DNA of 64,000 bases from Tilletiaria anomala UBC 951. Taxonomy: Eukaryota. The translations under genes and the position numbers were made by a program. The stretch spans positions 1 through 64,000 of the forward strand of contig NW_013547020.1 of assembly GCF_000711695.1 (NCBI RefSeq). Reading direction: 5' to 3'. Shown here piece after piece: positions 51,307-62,579 of this stretch (positions are counted from its first letter, which is position 1; each line of letters begins with the position of its first letter). The notes beneath the pieces were generated by a model that worked only from the letters and a program-made list of their open reading frames with translations, was not told the origin of the DNA and did not search any database.

Positions 51307-54300
51307 TCAATTGGGCCGTTGCTGGATCGATGCACCCGTAGTCGTGCCGAGGATACGCCTTGGTCCTCGCCTGCCGAGCAAAGGCGCAAAAATGTGAAAG
51401 GAGTCAGCTCCGATGGGACACACGAATCAGGACCATACTTACGAGAAAGCATATGCGCAAGCACATAGCAGAACGCTTGCGAACGCGATCCACGTCGTCA
51501 GCCAGACGAACACTTCAACGCTGGCGACTTCGACGCGCGTCTTGACCACGCTTGGTCGGTACCTCGCCCGCGTCGAGACGGGCCAGTAGTCTGCACCTCT
51601 CCTGCCAGGGCGGCGCTTCGACGGTTCGAGATCGACGACTTCAAAGTCATCCTCCTCCTCTCCCTTCACCTCTCCACTGCCGCCTTGCTCATCATCACCG
51701 GCTATAACAGCGGCAGGATGTAGATCCAGGGAATAGTGTCTCGAGCCGCGCTCCCTGATGCTGTCGAATCTGCGTTCAGGAGACTCGCCCAGTGGAGTGT
51801 CCGCCACCAGCGACTGCTCACCGGCGCGCTGCTGCAGTTGCGACCGCGAGCCGGGCAATTGCAAACACTTCGCGTGGCGACTGCCGCAGGTGCTGTGTCC
51901 AGCCTGCTCCTCTTCCAACTGACGCAAAGCGCGTCGACGGCGGGAGGGTGTCAATGCGAGCGCCTTGGTCGTTGCCTCGCTCAAATGCGCGTGCCTGGCT
52001 TTCAGCGAGCCGCCATACGGGTCAGTCGCTGCGACCGCACGCTCAAAATCGAGTCGGCGCCGACGGAGGAGCCTCGTCAGCTGCTCTTCCTCCTCCAGCT
52101 GCTCGGCCGACTGGATGGCGAGGTGCGCAGAGCTCATCAGACTGCCGCCACCGTTGTCGCGTACCTTTCCCTTTCCCTTGCCCTTGCCGCTGCGGTGTGA
52201 GCCTTTCGGCGCTTGTGACGGCAGTGGCGGTGGGGCGATGCCGAGCGCGCGCTTAACGGCCACGGCGAGCATATCGCGCTTGCCCGGTTTGGGCGGCGGC
52301 AGCGCGAGGCCGTACTGCTGTGCCTGCTTCAGCGTGATCGGCTTGCCAAAGTCCTCGTCGTCCGCCCAGAACACCGGCTGAAGCGACGCAGCGCGATCGA
52401 GAAGATCGTAACCGTCACTGCTTGCGTGCTGGCCCGTGAAGGTGCCACCGGGTAGCAGGTCCTCGTTCCCGCGCCAGTTGCCGTCATCTTCGGGGGTAAG
52501 GGTGTGGAGCAAATAGCTTTCGGCACCGTGGCCCCACGCGACGAGATCGCTAGCTTGCAGTTGCTCCGGGAAACGCAGAGCAGCAATGTCAGAGTGGTTA
52601 TCATCGTCCGCGCTCTCCGCCGGTGCCGACTTGGTGCGATGCCGTCGCCGCGTGAGCGCCGAGAGGTGCGTCGAGGTCAATGCGACGTCATGTACCTCAG
52701 GCGGCGTGTCCTGCTCCTCCCGCTGCTGCGTCAGCTCTTCTGCCTGCTGCATCAGGTCCGCCAGTTCGGTTGCACGACTGGCGTCAGTCGGCAGCACAAA
52801 TTTGGCGAAGTCGTCAAAAGAAGGCTCGACAGAGTGCTCGTGCCCGTAGACGGAGCCAATTTCGCTTGCGAGCGATTGACGGACCTGCTGCAGGTCCTCA
52901 AGCTTCGCCAGCAGCGAAGGGCTGATGCTCGCCATCGATGTCATCGAGCTGGTGACCCCCATTTCAATGTCGCCCATGCTCGACGACGGCGATAGCCCAT
53001 CGAACGCAGCGAAGCGGCGCGCAGGCGAGGAGCCACTCGGCGAGGGCGTAGGCGATGGGTCGTAATCATCCATCAGATCGCGTTTCGACTGCTGCTGCTG
53101 CTGCCCTTGCTGCTCGTGTTGCCGAAAAGGCGGCGAAAGCTGAAACGTTGGCGGCTGCGGAATGATGTTGTGCGCTGAGCTCGGCTGCAAAAAGTTGTCG
53201 CTGAGCCTGCGAGGGTGAGGTGCGCCGCCGCCGCCAAGCTGATCTCCTCCACCCACCTCCCGGCCGCCATCGCGCAGATCTTCCATGCTCGGCGTGATAT
53301 GGATCTTAGGCTTGCCGATGGAGAGGTTCGACGCGCGGCGGCGACGGCCGTAGCCGCTCGCCTTGCCGGAGCGGGACGAGCCGGTGCTGCTGCTGCTGCC
53401 GCCGCCGCCGCCGCTGGCGCTCGCGTTGCTGCTGGTGCGGCTGGCAGCGAGGCTGGTCTCGGTGAACGACCGGGTCAGCTTGGCAAGTTCATGCGAGCTG
53501 CGCTCACTGCGCATGGCCACCTGGACCGTGCGACGAGTCTCGATGACGTGTCTGTTGCCCGGCGCCCGGCGCATGCGCGGCCGTGCTGCGCCACGCCTCT
53601 TGCCTGCAGGCACGGACGCAGCAGTAGCGGCAGCGTCGCCGCTGCTCCCTGCTGCGGCGCGCTCATCAATTCCAACGTCGCCAGACATAACACTAGCTGT
53701 CTCGACGGCCTCGTACGCGTCGCGGATGCGTTCGCCCTCCTCGATCGCCCTGCCGAGCTTGCCATCCATCTCGGAGCCGGCCTTGGCGATGGCAGCGTTT
53801 GCCTCCTCCAACTCCTTGATCTTGGCAAGGAGCTGCGAGACGAGCGCATGCTCCGTGTCGCCCTGTCCGCTCGATCCCGCGACGCTCAGGACAGCGGACA
53901 GTTCGCTACGGACAGAGACAGAGCGCGTGGGCGACGGCTGCCCGCTCGCAGCGTCGAGGTGCTGCTGGATGCTGCGGTATTGGTGCGACAAGTGCGTCGG
54001 CGTGAGCGAGGCCGCGACCTTACAGAGATCGGACATGCTCGTCTGCCGCGGCGCAAAGTCGTCTCGGTTGGGACTCGTGATCGCTCGCCCGGCCAGGTCG
54101 TTCCACGCCCGCTGATCGGGGAGCGGGCCTCGGCGCCTCCATTTCTTGGCAGAGCCTCTGCTGTTGGCCGTGTCGCCGTGATTGCCGAGCCTGTGGCGCT
54201 GTTCTTCGAGTTCTGCGTTGCGCTGCATGACGGCCTCTAGCTCGTCCTTGAGGCTCTGCAGCTCCTTATCCAGCGTCCGGAGTTTCCGGCCACCGTCCCT

Positions 54301-55332
54301 CTTCTGCTCCTCGGCTTCGGCCTGCAGCTCGGCTAAACGGCTGACGAGGGCATCGTTCTCGTCGCTCAGGATGTGCAGTTGCCGCTCCGTGTCGGCTGAA
54401 AGGGCCTGCAGATGCATGTAGGAGCTCTGCGAGTGCGGCATCGACCTGTTCTGCTTGGAGGCAATGGGCACTCCAAGCGGGGAGACCGGCTGCGAGAGGA
54501 TGACACCGTCTGTCTTGGGACTGGGCGGGAAGAGTGTGAGCGGCGCTGACCTGGCCTCGACATTGTCAGTGGACTGGCTGGAAAGGATGACGGTCTGATC
54601 GGCGGCACGGTCAAAATAGCCGTGTATGCTCGCGTTAGATCCAGAAGCAAGCGGTGTTTGATCGGCACCTCGGTACTCGGAATCCGTGGTGGGAGGCGAG
54701 TTGCTGAGCTCTCCAGCATCGCTTTCGTTTTTCTGGCCAGCCAAAATGCCTTGATGCCTGGACCGAAGGCTGAGGTTCTTTTCCAGCAGCGCTTTGCCGA
54801 TCGCAGCTGCCAAGCCCAGATCCCTCTCCCTCTCTTTGATCACGCGGTTTGCCTTGACAAGCATCGCCTCGAGCTCTTCCCTCGGCAAGCCTCCGACCCA
54901 GCTGTCTGCCTCGCCCTCGTCTTCGTCCTTGTCCTCGTCGCTGTCGCTCGACGCGAAACGCTCATTGATGACGTCACTATCAGACGAAAAGCCTTCCATG
55001 CCGTCGCGCCTGCCCAAATTTTGTTTTGAATGTGGAGACAAGTCCAAGTTGCCCATGGATGCGCTGTGCCGAATGCCAGGATGTCGATTTAAGATGGGAC
55101 TCTCGCTGGCAGCAGCCTGCCTCTGCAGCAGCGCTGCCAAATCGACCTGCAGGTCGAGGTCGAGGTCGAGTTCTGCATCCAGGCCACCAAGCGCCTGCCT
55201 TCCGGCGCTACTGCTATTGATCGACTGTTTTTTGACAGGGCTTTCGTCAGAGTCGACGGTTGCTTCGCGGTGCCCGGAAGCCTTGCGCAGAGCGCTGGGC
55301 TTAGGAGGACGCTGGCGCATTGGCATCATCAC
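51307..55332 (-). CDS. ~1,317-aa coiled-coil, tail-anchored membrane protein with HAP1/TRAK-like N-terminal motif; exons 55332-51443, 51370-51307
   Basis: 1297-codon ORF; ERERDLGLAAAIGKALLEKN; heptad segments; C-terminal hydrophobic VFVWLTTWIAFASVLLCACAYAF. Intron GTAAGT...GCTGAC...CAG adds RGPRRILGTTTGASIQQRPN*. Confidence 0.85.
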
Positions 55333-57483
55333 TTATCTCGGACCACTCGTCGCCTCTACCAGAGGCTTTAGCCTCGAGTGCACGACCGCTGCTCGACAAG
55401 CATGAAGGAAGCGTCAATGACACCCGTTAGCCCGCAAAAGGTGAGCCAGCGACGTGCGCCTTTTGTTTGTCGACTTACAGCAGAAGGGATGAGGTGAGGG
55501 ACCAGGATAGGTCTCCGTATCCAGCGGGTGTGCGGGTCCCGCGGGGGGGGGCAAAGCGCGGCGGCGTGACCTTGATCCTACGGCGGCGGGTGTGTACTTT
55601 GTGATGCAGCCTGCAGCTTGCCGTGCCCAATGGGGTTTGGACAAGGTGCTGGTCAGAACAAAGGAGCTGGCTGGCTGGTCAAAAACCCAAGGGTGTGAGC
55701 GTGCGGTCCTAGGGAGGCGGGAGTCGGAAGAGCTTGGTGGGTGAAGCCTTGTCACGTCAATTCTGGGTGAGGGGGTGGGGACTCTGACCTCTGCTCGTGC
55801 CCCTGCTTTCACGTGGTAGCGAGGTTAAGGCAGGAGGCACTAGCGCGCACGACGCGTCCACCGCAGAACACCAAGCGGCGGAGAGGAAAGGGGCGGTGCC
55901 GCTGCCACAGTCAGTCCACAGTCCACACGCAGAGCAACACGTCCAACACTTGTTTCCTCCCCTCACGAAAAGAGGCCAAAACTCAAACACAACACACACC
56001 AGACACCAGACAGAACACGACTGCTGATCAGTACAGTGTGGCCTGGCAAAAGGGACGAACATTGGGTGACGGTGTCCTCGTTGATCACTCATCCGCCTCC
56101 TCTCAACGCAGCCTGCCGCGCTCGGGTGGATTTACGATTGTCGCGATACTTCAACACGTGGGCCTCGGCCAGCTTGCCTTGCCTTGGCATATCGCTATGT
56201 TGATGGCAGGTTATCACAGACATGCAGCCGCCCACGCGGTATTCGAACTCGTAGACCCCTGTCAACGTACAGGTAGCAGCCCATTCATCAACTCTTCTTC
56301 TTCCGGTTCGTTCCGTCGTGCAAGTGAGAAAGAACGCGCGACTTACTTGCATATACAGCCTGCGCTACATAATTGTGTCTCTCATAGCGTGCCAATGTCA
56401 TATATACATACGTGGGTCGAACATCCGCGAGCTTGGAAGCACGCGGCGCCGCTGGCGGCTGCAGCCTGGGACAGGCGCCCGGAAGCCCAACGCAAGTTGG
56501 CCCGGCTGTGTATGCACATAGCTTGCGGCTGCCTGTGATCGCCGATCATCTGTGATGCCTCCTATCATCAGCAGCATGGCAGGAAAGGCACACCTGAAAC
56601 TTTGATCGTCTCGAAGGTGATAGGAGCAAATCTCGCAAGTCAAAGCTGATCGAATGGCAGCGATGGCGACTGTCGGACGCGCCACTGACGCATAACATAA
56701 TAATATCCCACGCGACCCTTCAACGGTCGCAACGTCAGAATTGCGCCAGGGGTTATGGGGGTTAGGGTCTCCAGTAAGCATTGCAAGGAAAAGTCATCCT
56801 GTCCTCGCAACATTACGTATTGAATCCCCTGTCACGTGCACATGTACTCGAGCATGTAGAGATAGAACAAAGCGATAATAATAACCTTGAGATAAGACTG
56901 AAACCGTCAACGTCGAGCGCTAAAGCGTCTGTGGCCTGTCATGAGCACAGACGGCAGCGTCTGAGTGTCAATCCACTATGTAGCCAAGTCAAGCGGCCAA
57001 GCGTTGCTATCAGCTTTCGGGTAGCAGCATTGGGCACAGACGATGATCTCGACATGTGTTCACTCTCCAACAAGCCATTTCCACGTCATCGCCCGTTCGC
57101 TGGATCGTTGTCGTTTTCGCACTTGGCAGCTCCTCGGTCATCCGCTTCATCAGCTGTCGCAGGGCTCCCTGATCCAAACCGTCGCGGAGCGCTTGCATCG
57201 CTTGGCCTACATAGTGCATACACACACTGACAATCTTCAATTTCAGAGCCATCGGGATTATAGCTGCAGCTGTGCAGTCAGCGGGCGTGCAGTCCCCCTT
57301 TTGATGAGTATTGCAGGCATCTTTATTGTATATACACTAGCTATGTTGTTTCCACGCTGTGGCAGGTAGGCAGCTATCCATTCAAAATGAATGTATTCCG
57401 AAGCGTCAATGGCAGATGCCTTGCCTGCTTGGCCCGTCCGATAAGAAATGCTCGCCACGTGGATGAGGGGTCATGCAATGGTA

Positions 57484-59385
57484 TCACGGCTCTATGCGGC
57501 GCTCTTGAAAGCGATACAGGTCACCCACGAGGTACAAGCTACCACACAGCACGATAAGATGCACGGCCTCCTCCTCCTTTCCTTCCAACGACATGTCTTT
57601 CGCGCCTTGTGCAGCCCACTGCAGGGCGTCCTCAAGCCGTTCGAAAGTCTTTGCGTCCGCGAGGCTTGATGCCAGCGTGGCATCGAGCGAGTCCAGCTGT
57701 GCGAGGCATTCGTCCGGCCGCGCAGACTGCACCCATGGCATACCCTCTACCGGCGTAGAGAAAGGCAGAAATCCGACACGGTTCCGAACGAGCGGCTGTG
57801 GGCGTTGGTTCGTCGCCTCGTTAATGCTCAGCTTCGTTATCGACTCGTCCAGCGAGGAAGAGAGCGAAGACGACAGGAGAGCGTGTAGCATGCCGCTAAT
57901 ATCCTTGCCCTTCGAAAATGCCATGAGCCAGGTAACCGTGATGGGCCTGTCGCCGCTCGATGACGAAGGTGGCGAAATGCAAAGATCAATGTACTGCCGC
58001 AATGCGAGCGCCGACGCCGAGTTGTGCGCGCCGTCGACCAGAATCTTGATACAAGCGGGTGGTGACGGTCTGGAAGTCTCTGGATGATCTGCAGCCGCTC
58101 CGCCTGGTACTGGACCTTCAGACTCGATCATGCCCTCTTCTGGGCTCACGACCGACACATCATGCGGTACGCGAACGTCCAGCCAGGCACACCGACCCTC
58201 CCATCGCACAGTATCCAGCGCCTGCTGTATCCGTTGCTCCCTTTCACTTTCCTCGCGCAGCGCAAAGGCGATCTGCAGCTTCAGCTCCTCGTGCGCGTCG
58301 CTCCCAGCGGCACCGAACGCGGAGGGCGGCTCGTCCCGCGCAATGGAGAAGAGCGTCTGCAGCGCCGTACAGGCACCCGTCATGGCAGCGCGTGTAGCCG
58401 GCAGCCGGATGGCAGGGCCGCTCACAGGCGGGTCGCCAGCACGAGCAACGTAGTGGCCGGGCTTCGTGGGAAGCACAGATGGGAAGAGCGTCGGGGCATA
58501 TCGGATTCTCAAAGCGGCTGTCGGTTGCCGTATGGGCCCGCTCGAACTGCTGTTGAGCTGTGTCGGACTGAGCGCACCCCAAGGCACGTAACCCTTGACC
58601 AGCCTTGCACCGCGCTCTATGGCAGCCTGTCGAATGGCATTGAGAATCGTCGCTGCGTGTGACCCTGTTGGTGTTTGTTCCCCTTGCGCCGCCCGCAGGC
58701 ACGCCAGATCTACTTCTGTGTTGATGCTTTGCGGGTCATCTGCCCTCCTTTGATCAGCAATGACGCACAGGCCCCCGCCCGGGATTATGCCAGCCTTGTG
58801 CGAGGCGATTCCCGCCAGATCGCTACCGAGAAGCGCTTCGTGATCTCGGTCGACCGGGCAGATCACGCTCGCAAGGACATTTCGCGGCGAAAAGACATTG
58901 GTAGCATCTAGCCTCCCGCCGAGTCCGACTTCCACGATGAGCACCGCCGGCGCTTCAGCTTGTGGAAGCAATGCGTAAGAGACGAATGCGCGAGCAACCA
59001 GCAACTCGAACGGGGTTGAATGCAGGCTTAACTGTTCCTCAGTCAACCCCTCCGTCAGTCCAGCATCCGCAGCGGCGACTTGCTCGCCAGCCTGGGCCCA
59101 CACGCCCTTCGTGATCACTTGGCCGTTGACTCGACAGCAGTCCCTTTCTTCTCGAAGATGCGGGCTGTTGAAGCGTCCGGTGCGTATTCCTATAGTGTGC
59201 TGCAAGAGCGAGTCGATGTACGCAGATGTGCTGCCCTTGCCGTTCGTCCCTGCAATGTGAACGATTGGGAACTTGTCTTGCGGCGCACCAAGACGCTGCA
59301 GAAGGGTTCTGATACGGTCCAACGAGAGATCTATCCGCTTATTATTGACCGTCTCTTGCGGAACCATTTTTGGGTGGGAAGCCAT
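57484..59385 (-). CDS. FOL3: Dihydrofolate synthetase (FolC/Fol3-type); intronless; upstream in-frame ATG at 59484
   Basis: IDLSLDRIRTLLQRLGAPQ..HIAGTNGKGS, FNSPHL, EVGLGGRLDATNV, DHEALLG, HKAGI, WEGR, LVDGAHN, CGSLYLVGD. Confidence 0.88.
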   Translation of the reverse strand: MASHPKMVPQETVNNKRIDLSLDRIRTLLQRLGAPQDKFPIVHIAGTNGKGSTSAYIDSLLQHTIGIRTGRFNSPHLREERDCCRVNGQVITKGVWAQAGEQVAAADAGLTEGLTEEQLSLHSTPFELLVARAFVSYALLPQAEAPAVLIVEVGLGGRLDATNVFSPRNVLASVICPVDRDHEALLGSDLAGIASHKAGIIPGGGLCVIADQRRADDPQSINTEVDLACLRAAQGEQTPTGSHAATILNAIRQAAIERGARLVKGYVPWGALSPTQLNSSSSGPIRQPTAALRIRYAPTLFPSVLPTKPGHYVARAGDPPVSGPAIRLPATRAAMTGACTALQTLFSIARDEPPSAFGAAGSDAHEELKLQIAFALREESEREQRIQQALDTVRWEGRCAWLDVRVPHDVSVVSPEEGMIESEGPVPGGAAADHPETSRPSPPACIKILVDGAHNSASALALRQYIDLCISPPSSSSGDRPITVTWLMAFSKGKDISGMLHALLSSSLSSSLDESITKLSINEATNQRPQPLVRNRVGFLPFSTPVEGMPWVQSARPDECLAQLDSLDATLASSLADAKTFERLEDALQWAAQGAKDMSLEGKEEEAVHLIVLCGSLYLVGDLYRFQERRIEP

Positions 59386-59896
59386 CTTCGGGGACGCGGA
59401 AGAGACAAAGCCGTGCCAGAAAAGGTGGAGACTTGATCGAGAAGGGAGTGGCAAGGAGGGAAGGCAGCTAAGCCTGATTGTCATGTGTTGGCACGCCGAA
59501 TTATCAAGATGACCTAAACTTGGGCTTGTGCGGGGACGGTGCGTGGGCCTGCAGTCTGCATATGCTATGGGACAGATCGATCCGACTTTTGAACAGCGTT
59601 GATGACCTTGATGACCACCGTGTCGGACGTTGTAGCTTCATGTAGAGGCAGCCTGAGATGTGAGACCGTTTGGTCGAAATAAGAACTGCGGCCAAAATTT
59701 CCCCGGACCAGCCGAGTATTTCTGGAAAGTGAGCGTCTCTCAATGTGAAAAGTCAATGGAGAATTGACGCGATGAGGGACGAACGGGGTCTTGTTCGCAA
59801 CCTCACTTTGTGTTAGGTTCGATGCAAGATCATCATTAGCCTGAGCCTTTAGCGAGCCAAGGAGCCTTGTCATCCAGGAAATACCAACGCTTCGCC

Positions 59897-62198
59897 ATGC
59901 CAGAATCGAACGGTGCGGCAGCAGTAGCGCCGGCCGGCGGACAGGGTGCCAATGCAGGTCCAAGGGGAGGCGCCGGCGGTGACTGGAAATGGACTATTCT
60001 CCGGTCCTTAGGCATGTACTTTGCCGTCCAGGCGCTGCTGGGAAAGGACGGGCTGGTTACCAAGTATCGCAACAAGGACAAGTTCTTTCTCTCTGCATCA
60101 GAAGTAGCACCACTGGGGTCACAGCCAGAGGGCGTGTCGTTGACGCAACCCACCGGGCAGGCGCAACCTGCTGCGAAGGCAGGTGTTAATGTGGTCCAGG
60201 CATGGCCCGCGTCCATGCCCCTTGACTTTTATGTCTTCCTAACAAGCGGACCTCCTGCAAGTAGCGTTGATATTTCCTCGCAGTACTCCAGCCTGGTCGC
60301 CCATGGAGGGGGAGCTGATGCGAGCCCAAACCTGATCGACTTCAACGCACATGCATACGCAAATTCGGTTCTAAACGAGAACATCCGAGGAGATGTTCAG
60401 CCGGTAGTCTCTCCGCAAAGTGGAAGGACGCTCTCTGCAGTCAAGTGGACAAATATCAAATGGAGTGACAGCTCTCTGAAGCGAAAGGTCGAGGTCGACA
60501 TCGACGTCTACCCAGAGGTTCGCACCGAGAACCACACGATCTGGGCGGACGTCTTTCTGACCAAGTCGGGTGTCAGCCCCGACCCCACCAGCGCTTCTTA
60601 CCGACAAGAATACGTCTTTCATTCGCGCAAACTGCTTTCAAGACTATACCTTCCGAAAAAAAAAACTATTGAAAAGAAGCTCTTCGCTTCCAACGAACGA
60701 AGCAAGGAAGAGCAGGAAACTGAGGAGGCAGCTTTGGCTGAGACGGAACAGATACAGAAACACCTCGTCACCTGGTGGCACCCGAATCTCACACTGGCCC
60801 TCGTACCTCAGCAGCAGGATACCCTGCTCCCTTTAAAGAATTTGGCTGCACCTTTGGGCCAGTGGATCCACCCAATACCCGATTTCCCTGCGAACTCTCC
60901 CAACTTGATTTACACGTACCCTGCCCTTTTCCCCAATGACTTTTGGCATCTGCGCGAACACATGTATCAGTTCAACGCTTCGACAAAGTCAGTGCCTCTA
61001 TCAATCGAGCTCTACGCAACATCCTGGTTGAAGTTCCAGATGCTTGCCGCGTTCTCCGACTCTTTCGAGAAACAAGGCGCATCCGGCATGGCAGGCTCGG
61101 AAATCGACATGATCAAGACGACGCTGTTGGAGACCAACCCATGGTTCCTCGCGCTCACCGTCATCGTCTCGATCTTTCACAGCTTGTTTGAGTTCCTCGC
61201 CTTCTCAAGCGAAGTCAGCCACTGGCGCAACAAAAAAAATTTGGCCGGCGTCTCCGTGGGTTCGATTCTCACCAATGTTGTTGTGCAGCTCATTATTTTA
61301 CTGTACTTGCTTGACAGCCGTGAAGATACCAGCTGGACCATCCTCATGGGCCAGGGTGTCGGCATGGCTGTTGAAGCGTGGAAGCTCACCAAAGCGATCA
61401 CGGTTAGCATTATTCGTACGCCAGAGGACGAGAAGACACTGTGGCGATACTCGCCAGTCAAGCTCGATATCAAAGACAAGCACGTCCTGTCAGAAGAGGA
61501 GAAGGCGACGCAAGTGTACGATAAGCTTGCTTTCAAATATGTCGGCATCGCCATGACCCCGATCCTCATCGGCTGGACAATCTACTCGGCCCTTTATCAA
61601 ACGCACAAGGGCTACTGGTCATTCTTCATAGGTACTTTGACTTCATTGTGAGTGCAATGGAGGAATATTACCCAATAGCACAAGACCTGACTGCTTCGGC
61701 CTGATTTACCCTGCGCAGTGTTTACGCTTTGTGGGTTTCCCCTAACGAGTCGTCACACATGGCACTAAGCTGATTGTCTTCTTACAGCTCTTTCTCGTCC
61801 ATGATCCCACAACTGATTGTCAATCACAAGCTACGTAGCACCGCTGGCATGAACACAAAGACTTTTGTCTTCAAGGTGAATATGCCTCTCCGCATATATC
61901 CACGCGACTTTGATAATCTGACCAAATGTCGTTGCGATAGTTCCTTACCACCATTGTGGACGACCTCTTCGCCTTCTGCATCAAGATGCCTACGCTTCAT
62001 CGCCTCGCCTGCTTCCGCGATGATGCCGTCTTCGTCATCTTCCTGTATCAGCGTTGGAAGTTTGGCGTCGACCCAACGCGTGTTAATGAGTTTGGGCAGG
62101 TGCTGGACCCCAAGGCAAAGGCGACGGCAACGAATGAGAAGGCAGGAGAGGGAGAAACAGCTGCAGTTACCCTGGCTGAGTCGAAAAAGACAAAGTAG
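59897..62198 (+). CDS. CLPTM1-family ER membrane protein; exons 59897-61647, 61719-61730, 61788-61875, 61941-62198
   Basis: WWHPNLTL, YPALFPNDFW, IKTTLLETNPWFL, FEFLAFSSEVSHW, AWKLTK, EKATQVYDKLA, MIPQLIVNHKL, TIVDDLFAFCIKMPTLHRLACFRDD, DPTRVNEFG. Confidence 0.94.
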
Positions 62199-62579
62199 AA
62201 TTGTATGTATGCATAGATGCCATCAAAGCAGCCTTTCACTCTTCCCTGCACCCCTACCCCCACCCCACCCCCTTCCCTTCGGGGTCCGTCACAGCGTTGG
62301 GGTCATTCAGTGTTTCCCATGCTTGTCAAACGTATCCGTTGCAGCTTTGGGCGATATTCGAGAAAATCCCCGAGAAGGAGGATTTTGGTAACCAAAAGTC
62401 CCCGAGATGTCCATGTAAAGATTACAAGCGCCATCTTTCGTCTGCTTGGTCTGCACAGCAAGCCATAATAAAAGGCAAGCTTCGATGCAGACTTCTGACA
62501 GTCGCTGACCGCCCACCTTCTGCGAAGCATTTCTAGGCAGCCCTGAGCAACCAGCTTCTGCTACTGAATCACTTCGATC

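Noticed and set aside
44358..54240. Many plus-strand ORFs up to 341 aa over MUB1 and the coiled-coil gene
   Set aside because: Shadow ORFs from high GC and low-complexity codons.
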